Shown piece after piece: positions 32,075 to 40,918 of a stretch of DNA of 64,000 nt. The notes beneath the pieces are model-generated. The model ran no database searches. It saw only the letters and a program-made list of their open reading frames with translations, and had not been told where the DNA came from. The position numbers and the translations under genes are program-made. Source of the stretch: Minisyncoccota bacterium (GTDB lineage: Bacteria > Patescibacteriota > Minisyncoccia > Phycocordibacterales > SW-6-46-9); the NCBI GenBank assembly GCA_040904025.1, contig JBBDUG010000033.1:365-64364 (forward strand). Reading direction: 5' to 3'. How positions within the stretch are numbered: the stretch's first letter is position 1; every line of letters begins with the position of its first letter.

Positions 32075-32659
32075 CTATATAGAGAATCGTGCGTAGTCTC
32101 CAATATCAACGCGTTCCCCAAATTTTTGAGTTGCTTCTGCAACGAGATCCTTTATGGCCTTCTCGCCATCTTTGATATACGCCTGCTCCATAAGAACCTT
32201 GTCTTTAAAGTATGAATCCATCTTCCCCTGAAGAATCTTTTCTTGCATATCCTCCGGCTTATCCTGAATCTCTTCAACAAAGACTTCCTTTGCTTTCTCT
32301 CGAGCAGTCTCATCAATATCCTCAGTAGTTTTAAACTGGGGGTTCATTGCTGCAATGTGCATTGCAATTTCATATCCAAACTCTTGAAATTCTTCGTTAC
32401 GCGCAACAAAATCTGTCTCACAGAGAACCTCTACCATAGCACCAACTGTTGCATTGGTGTGGATGTATGCCTGCACGACACCGGCACCAAGGTCACGTCC
32501 CGATTTCTTCTCAGCGGTTGCTTTGCTCTTTTTCTCGAGAATCACAAGTGCCTTCTCCATATCACCACCAGCTTCCTCTAGTGCTTTTTTGCATTGCATA
32601 ATAGAGACACTACTCTTGTCTCGAAGTTCTTTGATTTTCTCTGTGCTAATTTCCCCCAT
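32075..32659 (-). CDS. tsf: Elongation factor Ts (short form)
   Basis: IKELRDKS..SIMQCKKAL, CETDFVARN. Confidence 0.96.
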   Translation of the reverse strand: MGEISTEKIKELRDKSSVSIMQCKKALEEAGGDMEKALVILEKKSKATAEKKSGRDLGAGVVQAYIHTNATVGAMVEVLCETDFVARNEEFQEFGYEIAMHIAAMNPQFKTTEDIDETAREKAKEVFVEEIQDKPEDMQEKILQGKMDSYFKDKVLMEQAYIKDGEKAIKDLVAEATQKFGERVDIGDYARFSI

Positions 32660-33350
32660 CTTTTTGTTTTGTATCGTTAATAACATTGGTAATTTCTCCC
32701 ACAACATACTCAATACTTGAGCGTGATGCATCATTACCGGGAATAGGATAGTCTACAACATTAAAATCACAATCATTGTTGCAAAGTGCAATGATCTCTA
32801 CCCCCTTCATACGCGCCTCTTTGACTGCAAGAGACTCTTCATTTGCATCGATGATGAAAAGTGCCTTAGGAAGACCCTCCATATCGACAATGCCTCCAAA
32901 CTTGTCTTCAAGCTTTCGCACTTCTCGATCAAGGATAAGCTGTTCCTTTTTTGTATACTTATCAAGCTCCCCTTTCTCTCGCTGAGCAATGAGCTTGTGG
33001 TATCGATCGACTCGCTTTTTTATCTGTGAGTAGTTGGTAAGTGTCCCACCAATCCAGCGTCCAACCATATACGGCTGATTTACACGTTCAGCAGCCTCTT
33101 GCACGATACGTGCTGCTTCAGGCTTGCTTGCAACAAAAAGAATGTCCTTGCCTTCAGCAATCACACTCTGTGCATATTCTTTAGCTTCTTCAAGCTTTCG
33201 CTGCGTCTCTTCAAGATTAAAAATCTCCACCCCATCTTTTTTGCCATAGATAAAGGGTTCGCTTGAAGGATGCCGACGCGATTTCTTGTATCCGTAGTGG
33301 ACACCTGCCTCGAACATGCTCTTTATTTTGTTGTCTGCTGTGGTGGGCAT
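32646..33350 (-). CDS. rpsB: 30S ribosomal protein S2
   Basis: MFEAGVHYG, RWIGGTLTN, IPGNDAS. Confidence 0.97.
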   Translation of the reverse strand: MPTTADNKIKSMFEAGVHYGYKKSRRHPSSEPFIYGKKDGVEIFNLEETQRKLEEAKEYAQSVIAEGKDILFVASKPEAARIVQEAAERVNQPYMVGRWIGGTLTNYSQIKKRVDRYHKLIAQREKGELDKYTKKEQLILDREVRKLEDKFGGIVDMEGLPKALFIIDANEESLAVKEARMKGVEIIALCNNDCDFNVVDYPIPGNDASRSSIEYVVGEITNVINDTKQKDGGN

Positions 33351-33395
33351 ATAGCGTGGACTAGAATAGCAAAGTGAAGGGGGTTTGACAACTAT

Positions 33396-34382
33396 TTAAA
33401 CCTCTAATTCCTCTTGTGCGGCTAGTAATACATCAATTATGGAATCAATCTCTCCTTCCATAATTGACTCAATATTGTGCCAAGACTCTTTAATTCTGTG
33501 ATCAGTGACACGATCTTGTAGAAAATTATATGTGCGTATCTTCTCACTCCTGTCCCCTGTCCCGATTTGGTTCTTACGCTTTTCAGCATACTTACGAGCC
33601 TCTTCTTCTTCGACTGCCTGTTCGACCTTGGCCTGCAAAATCGCCATAGCTTTCTCGCGATTTTTTAACTGACTCCTCTCTTCGGTCACACGAACATCAA
33701 TCCCGGTTGGTTTGTGTATAACACGCACTGCTGTCTCTACCTTGTTCACATTCTGTCCCCCCTTTCCTCCGGCACGAGAGAACTCCATCTCTATATCCTC
33801 CTGCTTTATCTCAACTTTCGACTTCTTCCGAATTGGCAATATCGCCACAGATGCAGTTGAAGTATGAATACGTCCCGACTTTTCTGTCTCAGGTACTCGT
33901 TGTACACGATGCACACCGGTTTCAAAACGGAGTTTGCGATATACATCCTCTCCTCGTATTTCAAAGTTTGCCTCTTTGTATCCCCCGATCCCTAATGGGG
34001 ATGTAGAAGTGGTGGTAACAGTCCATCCTTGGGATGCGGCATATTTCTGATACATCTCTACTAGATCAGCGGCAAAGATCGCGGCTTCGTCTCCACCAGC
34101 TCCTGCACGAATTTCCAAAACAATATGATTGGGGAATTCTTCTTCCTCCTCTTCGGATTTACGCATCTCAACGATCTGATCCGCCACACCTTCTAATTGC
34201 TTGGAAAGTGTCCCGATCTCCTCCTCGGCAAGTTCGGCAAGTCCTGGATCGGATAGTGCTGTCTTTTTTGTCTCCTCGATTCTCCCCTCGACCCGTTCAA
34301 ACTCCTGCACGAGAAAAGAGTACTTCGAATCGCTGCGAAGTTCGTCAATTTCACTTTTCACCTGTTCAATAGATTCCGACAT
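33396..34382 (-). CDS. prfA: Peptide chain release factor 1
   Basis: [22 protein letters not shown] (PxT), [13 protein letters not shown]. Confidence 0.96.
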   Translation of the reverse strand: MSESIEQVKSEIDELRSDSKYSFLVQEFERVEGRIEETKKTALSDPGLAELAEEEIGTLSKQLEGVADQIVEMRKSEEEEEEFPNHIVLEIRAGAGGDEAAIFAADLVEMYQKYAASQGWTVTTTSTSPLGIGGYKEANFEIRGEDVYRKLRFETGVHRVQRVPETEKSGRIHTSTASVAILPIRKKSKVEIKQEDIEMEFSRAGGKGGQNVNKVETAVRVIHKPTGIDVRVTEERSQLKNREKAMAILQAKVEQAVEEEEARKYAEKRKNQIGTGDRSEKIRTYNFLQDRVTDHRIKESWHNIESIMEGEIDSIIDVLLAAQEELEV

Positions 34383-34406
34383 ATCTCTATTCTACATCAC
34401 AAATAC

Positions 34407-34432
34407 GAAAAGCTCGGATACCCGAGCTTTTT
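34407..34432 (-). terminator. Intrinsic terminator after L31
   Basis: AAAAGCTCGG-atac-CCGAGCTTTT. Confidence 0.75.
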
Positions 34433-34450
34433 CTGTACATAATATCCTCG

Positions 34451-34720
34451 TTACTTCCCCTTCTGCGTCTTCTTAGCACGCTCCTGACGCGCCTTAAACT
34501 TCTCAACCCGTCCTGCGGTATCAACAACTGTTTCTTTGCCTGTGTAGAACGGATGAGAAGCACTGGAGATCTCTACACGGTAGAGGGGGTATTCATCTCC
34601 ATCCTCCCACTTATCCGTCTCTTCCGTTGGCACGGTTGAGGAGATAAGGAAACGCTCCCCACTTGATGTGTCGTGGAATATAACGGGTCGATAATTTTCT
34701 GGGTGTATTTCCTTCTTCAT
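34451..34720 (-). CDS. rpmE2: 50S ribosomal protein L31 type B (Zn-independent)
   Basis: [33 protein letters not shown]. No Cys. Confidence 0.95.
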   Translation of the reverse strand: MKKEIHPENYRPVIFHDTSSGERFLISSTVPTEETDKWEDGDEYPLYRVEISSASHPFYTGKETVVDTAGRVEKFKARQERAKKTQKGK

Positions 34721-34930
34721 ACGGGTGAGACTATATCACAATTTCTCTCTGTATCAAATAGTGAATCGTAACAAGGGAGCAGATATTGTGTCTGTATATA
34801 CTAGATAAGTCATTGTTTGTTGTATGTGTCAATACTCTGTTGAGTCCATTGACTTATATAAGTACTTAATGCAGTGTGTATATTAGACGACGATTCTCGA
34901 TAACTAGATGACTATTAGAGAGGTAGCGAC

Positions 34931-36238
34931 ATGAAATACGTTCTTTTCTTTACAGTAACGCTGATGCTCATCGGCGTATCTACTTCACACGCACAGTTTA
35001 TGCCCGCTCAATATGTGGACACGAATCCACCGGAAGTTCGCGGACTCAACCCGTATATAGACAATTTTGTCTGTTCGATCGTTACTCCGGAATTCGAACT
35101 TCCCGACAATGCGGAAGATGATGGGTTCATGTTAACACCGAGCCACATGCGTGAGCTACGCACACTCTGCGCTGAGGAAATTGACCAAAAGGTACACCCA
35201 AGCGTCGGGCATGAGATCCATGTATTTGGGAACGATGACGAGACCCGTTTCGTAACGGTAGGAAATCTCTCGGATCTTCCTAAGTACTCACGCCAGGCAA
35301 ATCACGACTATGAATATGCGGCACAGCCCCGTGCAGTCGTGGTCGCCAGCGCTCTCGTAGATGCATTGGGATATAATCCCCTTAATGTGAAGGTGGTAGG
35401 ATTGCCGGGAGACTTCTTTTGTCGACCGAGTATGTCCGAATCCGAATGCGAGAAGGAGAAACGCGGTGTATACATATACACTCTTCCTTCAACCGTCTCC
35501 AACCGACGTCTAATCGACGATCTTTCAGTAACCCTGGAAAATCACGATGAGCGCATTTCGAATCTCGAGGACGCTCCTCGAGAGCGAGATCGTTCCGACG
35601 AAATAATTGATGTCGTCAGAGCGGAAGGGGATCGGACACGGGAGACCGTTACCGCGGAACATGAAGAGACCAGACGAGCGCTGAACCAGGGCGGTTTCTA
35701 TGCCTTGGGGGAATATCTAACCTTCCCCAAGAACATGGGTAATCATTTTGGCTCCGGAATCGGGTATTCATGGGAAGGCTTCAGTATTGACGCTCGCTAT
35801 CACAAGGCGTCAGACAGCCACACCGAAATGGTCTACCCTCATGTGGGGGACAACGTCCCCGTCCTCTACGAAGGTATCTGGCACGGCGCAATGGGATCAC
35901 TTAATCTCCACCCCCTTTCGATCAGACCACCAGACAGCTGGGGGGCAGGTTGGAGAAGGAATCTAAAGTTCATGCCCTATGTCTCTATTACCGGCGGTAT
36001 CATGGCTCGCTACATGAGCCCTAAAGAAACTCTCCCGGGCTCATGGGACTTCCGCCAAGAATTCCCCATTGTGGGATGGGAGCTGGGTGTAAACCTTCGG
36101 TTTTTGGACCACGTGGAGGGATACATTGGAGGGGGAATAAAGACCTTTTGGCCACCGAAGTTAGATCGCTCGACAGAATACAATGAGCGAGTAGACGATG
36201 GTGGTTCGCTACGCATCGGCGTGCGACTCATTCACTAG
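34931..36238 (+). CDS. Secreted protein: OmpA-like domain, coiled coil and putative 8-stranded beta-barrel
   Basis: Signal peptide (SHA-Q), OmpA-like pattern IHVFGNDD...RAVVVASAL..LG..RGVYI, eight alternating amphipathic strands at the C-terminus. GAGAGGT Shine-Dalgarno. Confidence 0.55.
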   Translation: MKYVLFFTVTLMLIGVSTSHAQFMPAQYVDTNPPEVRGLNPYIDNFVCSIVTPEFELPDNAEDDGFMLTPSHMRELRTLCAEEIDQKVHPSVGHEIHVFGNDDETRFVTVGNLSDLPKYSRQANHDYEYAAQPRAVVVASALVDALGYNPLNVKVVGLPGDFFCRPSMSESECEKEKRGVYIYTLPSTVSNRRLIDDLSVTLENHDERISNLEDAPRERDRSDEIIDVVRAEGDRTRETVTAEHEETRRALNQGGFYALGEYLTFPKNMGNHFGSGIGYSWEGFSIDARYHKASDSHTEMVYPHVGDNVPVLYEGIWHGAMGSLNLHPLSIRPPDSWGAGWRRNLKFMPYVSITGGIMARYMSPKETLPGSWDFRQEFPIVGWELGVNLRFLDHVEGYIGGGIKTFWPPKLDRSTEYNERVDDGGSLRIGVRLIH

Positions 36239-36267
36239 TTCCGAAAAGATTCCGACACAAGACACAC

Positions 36268-36303
36268 AGCCACAGTCCCTCACGGGAATGTGGCTCTTTT
36301 TTT
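36268..36303 (+). terminator. Intrinsic terminator
   Basis: AGCCACA-gtccc-tcac-ggga-aTGTGGCT followed by a T-run. Confidence 0.7.
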
Positions 36304-36318
36304 CAAAAACTTTAATTC

Positions 36319-37653
36319 TTAGAGATCCTCCAACGGATCAATCATAGTGCGCTGGATATTCTCAGCCTGAGAGAGTACGGAGTCAGCATATCCGAGTCCA
36401 TTTGTCTGCCATCCTCCACCGGCAAAGTATCGCGCCGCAGCCTCACGCTCCGCGCTCCATCCACCATACACTGCACCAAGATCTTGAAGGAAAAGTGCTG
36501 TGGCCATAAAGGCATGGCGTGGTTCCCACGGATTTGCAATGGAAACTCCAAGGGTACTTGCAACACGATCCTTGTACATCATCCATGTAGACGGGATAAA
36601 CTGAGAGGGTCCCATCGCACCACCATATCCAATCCACTGTGGACATGAGACCACTTGGCCATATGGATCAAATCCAAGTTCATCCGCAATTTTAAGAAAT
36701 GGTTCCACATCACGTCCGGGCTTCATAACATTATCAAAATGACGTCCTGTATTCTTTCCGACACCAGCTCCGGTTGCGGGATCGGTCAGATAACATTGTC
36801 CGACATTTGCACCTAAATCAGATTCTTGTTTGAGAATGCCGAGAATAAAGGCAGTACGAACTCCAGTTTTTTGTGATGCAGCACGTGCATACCGAAGCGC
36901 ATCCTCAAACTTGATCGGTCCGGCATCACGAAGTTGGAAAAGTGCATTTCTAATTTCATTCGCCTCACGCTGCTTCTGGGAAATCACTTGTTCATATGTT
37001 TGCTCTTCACTTTTGCTCGCGAACAGCAATACCTGCTTCTCATCTTCCTTTGCTTCAACTTCTTGTTTTTCTTGCTCTATCGCATATCGTGCATCGGCCT
37101 CAGCACGACGACGTGCCTCCAGTGTTGTCGTCTCATTTCTAAGAACTGCTTGTATATCACGAATATTAGAGAGCGAGCTGTGAATTGCCGTCTTTACCGA
37201 CGCCACATTATCCAAATCCTGGAAGAAGGTAGAAAGACTTTCACTCCCCAAAATTATCTCAGCAAGAGAAAAAGAGTCTATTTCATTTCTTCGACGAACC
37301 AGTTGTGCGAGTGACTCTTTCTCTCGTACAATCTTCTCAGAAAGAGATTCGATCGTTTGCTCTTTCTCTTGCATTTCTGTTGTGATATTGCCAATTGCAA
37401 GATTCTTTGCGCGAATAGAAAGTTGCGCCTCTCGTATCTCAGCATTTAAAATAGCAATATCTCTCTCTATAGATTGAGTTTCCTGCCTTTTTACATGTAA
37501 AATCTTTCGTTGTTCAAAAATTTCATTTTCAACTTCAGCAAGCTCATCTTCAAGACGCTCCCGCCTCTCCTCCTCTGTCTCTGCAGAAATAGAGAGGGGT
37601 ATAAGAACTCCTAAAAGAACGATGGTGAGTATACATGCGGTAACACGTTTCAT
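36319..37653 (-). CDS. Secreted coiled-coil lytic murein transglycosylase (PcsB/CwlO-like coil plus SLT_2/MltB-like domain)
   Basis: Signal peptide, long heptad region, catalytic ILKQES, GAMGPSQFIPSTW, NPWEP. Confidence 0.85.
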   Translation of the reverse strand: MKRVTACILTIVLLGVLIPLSISAETEEERRERLEDELAEVENEIFEQRKILHVKRQETQSIERDIAILNAEIREAQLSIRAKNLAIGNITTEMQEKEQTIESLSEKIVREKESLAQLVRRRNEIDSFSLAEIILGSESLSTFFQDLDNVASVKTAIHSSLSNIRDIQAVLRNETTTLEARRRAEADARYAIEQEKQEVEAKEDEKQVLLFASKSEEQTYEQVISQKQREANEIRNALFQLRDAGPIKFEDALRYARAASQKTGVRTAFILGILKQESDLGANVGQCYLTDPATGAGVGKNTGRHFDNVMKPGRDVEPFLKIADELGFDPYGQVVSCPQWIGYGGAMGPSQFIPSTWMMYKDRVASTLGVSIANPWEPRHAFMATALFLQDLGAVYGGWSAEREAAARYFAGGGWQTNGLGYADSVLSQAENIQRTMIDPLEDL

Positions 37654-37710
37654 ACGCCTCATTATACAGAAAACTTGAGTTTGAAAGAAATGTCTTTGCA
37701 TTGTAAAGAG

Positions 37711-37738
37711 AAGACGGTTAATTCCTAACCCCCTTACT
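37711..37738 (-). promoter_or_regulatory. ECF-sigma-type promoter upstream of the murein transglycosylase
   Basis: AGTAAG-N16-CGTCTT, the same motif as at 56852 and 58961. Confidence 0.55.
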
Positions 37739-38423
37739 CCTCTTCTACTTCTCCTGGAGTTCCCGCTTCCGCACCGCCAGCTTCACCCTCAGCACCTTCT
37801 TCAGGTGCTTTTCCGCGCTCTTCTGAGAGTTCAATTGATTCAAGATCAATTTCAGTTGATTCTTCTTCTGGCTCTTCTTCTTCTCGTGGTTCTTGTACAG
37901 AAATTATAATGTCATCCGCATCAAGTTGTGCGACGACTCCTTCGGGGAGAGATATGTCCCCTACAGTAATATGATCACCAATCTCTTCGAGTCCAGAGAG
38001 ATCAACTTCAATATGTTGAGGAAGCTTCTTTGGCTCTGCTTCAACTGGAAGTTCGTGAAGAACCTTCACGACAACACCACCTTTGTCCTCAGCGGGTGCC
38101 TCTCCGATAAATTCAAGGGGGATATCAACTTCAACAGTTTGTCCCTCCTCTACAACATAAAAATCAACGTGGAGTGGTTTTCCAGTGAGAGGATGAACTT
38201 GAACTTCGTGTATCAAAACATCTTTTTCATCTTTCCCCATCTTAAGAGAAATCATGGCTGATTCCCCTGCTTCATGCCATACACGCAGAAAATCACCAAG
38301 AGCAACAGAAACGGGAGTAGAATCTGTTTTTGCCCCATAAAATACAGATGGTACAAACCCCTCTCGACGAATACCATCGTTATCTTGTGTCGTTTCTCTT
38401 TTTTCTGCGGCAAGTGTTAGCAT
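37734..38423 (-). CDS. rplY: 50S ribosomal protein L25/CTC (long form)
   Basis: RREGFVPSVFYG, HVDFY, V.IPLEFIGEAP, LPQHIEVD, acidic tail. Confidence 0.95.
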   Translation of the reverse strand: MLTLAAEKRETTQDNDGIRREGFVPSVFYGAKTDSTPVSVALGDFLRVWHEAGESAMISLKMGKDEKDVLIHEVQVHPLTGKPLHVDFYVVEEGQTVEVDIPLEFIGEAPAEDKGGVVVKVLHELPVEAEPKKLPQHIEVDLSGLEEIGDHITVGDISLPEGVVAQLDADDIIISVQEPREEEEPEEESTEIDLESIELSEERGKAPEEGAEGEAGGAEAGTPGEVEEE

Positions 38424-38510
38424 CGGGAGTATTGTACATACATTTCATGGATTCGCAACCGATGTGCACTGAAATAAGATGATTATATTCCACACACTCC
38501 TCTATTAGGA

Positions 38511-39395
38511 TCAAATATTCCAAAAGAGTCGAATGTACTTCCCTACCACCTCTTCCACTGCTTCTGTAACAGGCTTCATGTATCGATATGGAGCCAATTC
38601 TTCTGTATTTTCTTTCAAGGAGTCCTCGAGAGCTGCGCGTACTCCAATACGTATCTCCGTACTAACATGCACAGTCGACATCCCTGCTTCTATCGCCATA
38701 CGAAAATCTTCTTCTGTAACTCCCGATCCCCCATGAAGGACAAGCGGGACACCTGCCGCACGCCGAATGGCGGAGATAAGGTCAATATGTAATCGCGGAT
38801 TTGAACGCCCCTTCAGCTTCCCGTGCAAGTTTCCGATCGCCGGTGCGAAGAGATCAACTCCTGTCTCTTCAACAAACCGAGCCGCTATCTCCGGTGTCAC
38901 AAGCCCTTTTCCGTCCACCTGTGCGTCTTTAGGTATCTCATCAAGAAGCTTCGAAGATGTACCGATATACCCCACCTCTCCTTCCACTAACATTCCATCA
39001 TTATGCACTCGTGCATATTCAACTGCCTCTTTTGTCACCCGAATATTATCCTCCAGATCATCGTCCGCCTCATCGATAATAGCGGCATCAAATCCGGCAT
39101 CCACTGCTTCTTGAAATGTCTCAAGAGAATGAGAATGATCTGCATTTACAAACAAGGGGTAATCATATTCTTCTCGAATACTTTTCACAAGTAGTACCCC
39201 TTGTCGTATTCCAAAAGCGCTCCGTTCTCCTTCAGAGAGACCAACTATGACAGGAATCTTCTCCCCCACTTCACGCGAAATACGTTGCGCAACGCGAAAA
39301 ATCCCCCAGAGCATTTCAATGTTTGCCGCATTAAAATGACCTACCGCCCTATTCTTCTCTTCTGCATCTAAAACATATTCTTTGAGTGTTTTCAT
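38511..39395 (-). CDS. fba: Class II fructose-bisphosphate aldolase
   Basis: AVGHFN, NADH, VEGEVG, IGNLHG, LVLHGGSG. Confidence 0.93.
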   Translation of the reverse strand: MKTLKEYVLDAEEKNRAVGHFNAANIEMLWGIFRVAQRISREVGEKIPVIVGLSEGERSAFGIRQGVLLVKSIREEYDYPLFVNADHSHSLETFQEAVDAGFDAAIIDEADDDLEDNIRVTKEAVEYARVHNDGMLVEGEVGYIGTSSKLLDEIPKDAQVDGKGLVTPEIAARFVEETGVDLFAPAIGNLHGKLKGRSNPRLHIDLISAIRRAAGVPLVLHGGSGVTEEDFRMAIEAGMSTVHVSTEIRIGVRAALEDSLKENTEELAPYRYMKPVTEAVEEVVGKYIRLFWNI

Positions 39396-39460
39396 ACTTG
39401 TATTGTATCAAATCATATAAATATTGTATTCTGTAGATATAAGAGACTAACGAATAGACT

Positions 39461-39892
39461 ATGGAATTAATACCCCCCGTAAGAAACGAAGAAGGAGTCG
39501 AGGAAGAAGAATATCTAAATGAGCAACAGAAAAAAGATCTCACCAGCTTCACTAAAATACTAAGTGAAGAACAACTACATCGACTCGCAAAGAATATAGA
39601 AAGCGGTGACTTGCCCGCTTCACCCGAGCAGGAGATATCTGATCTTGTATGGGCGGCAACGCGAGATAAGCAGGAAGCACATGAACTGGGCGAGCAGCTC
39701 AAGAAGAAGCTCGGGGAAAAACGATATGAACACTTCAAACCTATGGATCTTCAAGCTGCTCTCGGTGGAAATGATGTCAACACGAATCGCTTCCTGAACG
39801 AACTTCATAACATCATAGCTGCAACTGCTCTGAAACGGGGGATATTTTTCAAGGACTCTTCAGATGACTCTGATACAATAGAAAGTAATTGA
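39461..39892 (+). CDS. Hypothetical acidic protein
   Basis: 143-codon ORF filling the gap before the PfkB gene. Confidence 0.6.
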   Translation: MELIPPVRNEEGVEEEEYLNEQQKKDLTSFTKILSEEQLHRLAKNIESGDLPASPEQEISDLVWAATRDKQEAHELGEQLKKKLGEKRYEHFKPMDLQAALGGNDVNTNRFLNELHNIIAATALKRGIFFKDSSDDSDTIESN

Positions 39893-39910
39893 CACTAAAT
39901 ATATAACAAC

Positions 39911-40918
39911 ATGACACAAAAGATAGATTTTCTTTCAGTAGGTGATATTACAACAGACGCATTCGTGGACATCGATGATGCTCGAATCGATACAGATAAA
40001 GATGAGGGCGACAAAGGATTCGAAGAAATCTGTTTCAGATTCGGTGATAAGATAGAATACGAAGATTTAACCCTTGTCTCCGCCGTCGGAAATGCACCTA
40101 ACGCAGCAGTCTCTGCACATCGACTCGGACTTAAAACTGGGCTCCTCACAAATCTCGGAGATGATACATATGGACAAAAATGTGTTGAGACACTAAAAGA
40201 GGAAGGTATCTCAGATGAATATATACAAGTGCACGAAGGAAAATCTTCAAATTTCCATATCGTTCTTCGCTTTGGACCTGAGCGTACAATATTGGTAAAG
40301 CATGAGGTATATCCATATTCTCTCCCAGAGGACATGGATCATCCAGAATGGATATATCTTTCTTCTCTTGGGTCCACATCTCTCGAACATCACCACGAGA
40401 TCGCACAATACCTAAAAGAACACGATGAGATAAAATTTGCATTCCAACCGGGGACATTCCAAATGGAGCTCGGGTATGAAAAACTCAAAGATGTATACGA
40501 AGTATCCACTGTCTTCTTTGCAAACAAGGAAGAATATCAGCGTATTCTTGAAACTGACGAGGGAGATATTCCAACTCTTCTTGAGACTATGCATGAACGC
40601 GGACCAAAAATAGCTGTTCTCACTGACGGACCAAATGGTGCATATACATATGACGGTTCCGAAAAATGGTCGATCCCCATGTATCCGGATCCCAAGCCCC
40701 CTGTTGATAGAACAGGAGCAGGAGACTCTTTCTCTTCAACCTTCACCACCGCACTTGCACTCGGGAATGATATCCCAACTGCACTCTCGTGGGGACCGAT
40801 AAATTCAATGTCGGTAGTGCAGTATATTGGAGCACAAGAAGGACTTCTTACCCGAGAAAAACTCGAGGAATATCTCCAAAACGCTCCTGAGGACTACACT
40901 CCACAAAAACTCTCTTAG
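39911..40918 (+). CDS. PfkB family carbohydrate kinase
   Basis: GNAPNAAV...RLG, FQPG, DRTGAGDSF. Confidence 0.93.
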   Translation: MTQKIDFLSVGDITTDAFVDIDDARIDTDKDEGDKGFEEICFRFGDKIEYEDLTLVSAVGNAPNAAVSAHRLGLKTGLLTNLGDDTYGQKCVETLKEEGISDEYIQVHEGKSSNFHIVLRFGPERTILVKHEVYPYSLPEDMDHPEWIYLSSLGSTSLEHHHEIAQYLKEHDEIKFAFQPGTFQMELGYEKLKDVYEVSTVFFANKEEYQRILETDEGDIPTLLETMHERGPKIAVLTDGPNGAYTYDGSEKWSIPMYPDPKPPVDRTGAGDSFSSTFTTALALGNDIPTALSWGPINSMSVVQYIGAQEGLLTREKLEEYLQNAPEDYTPQKLS

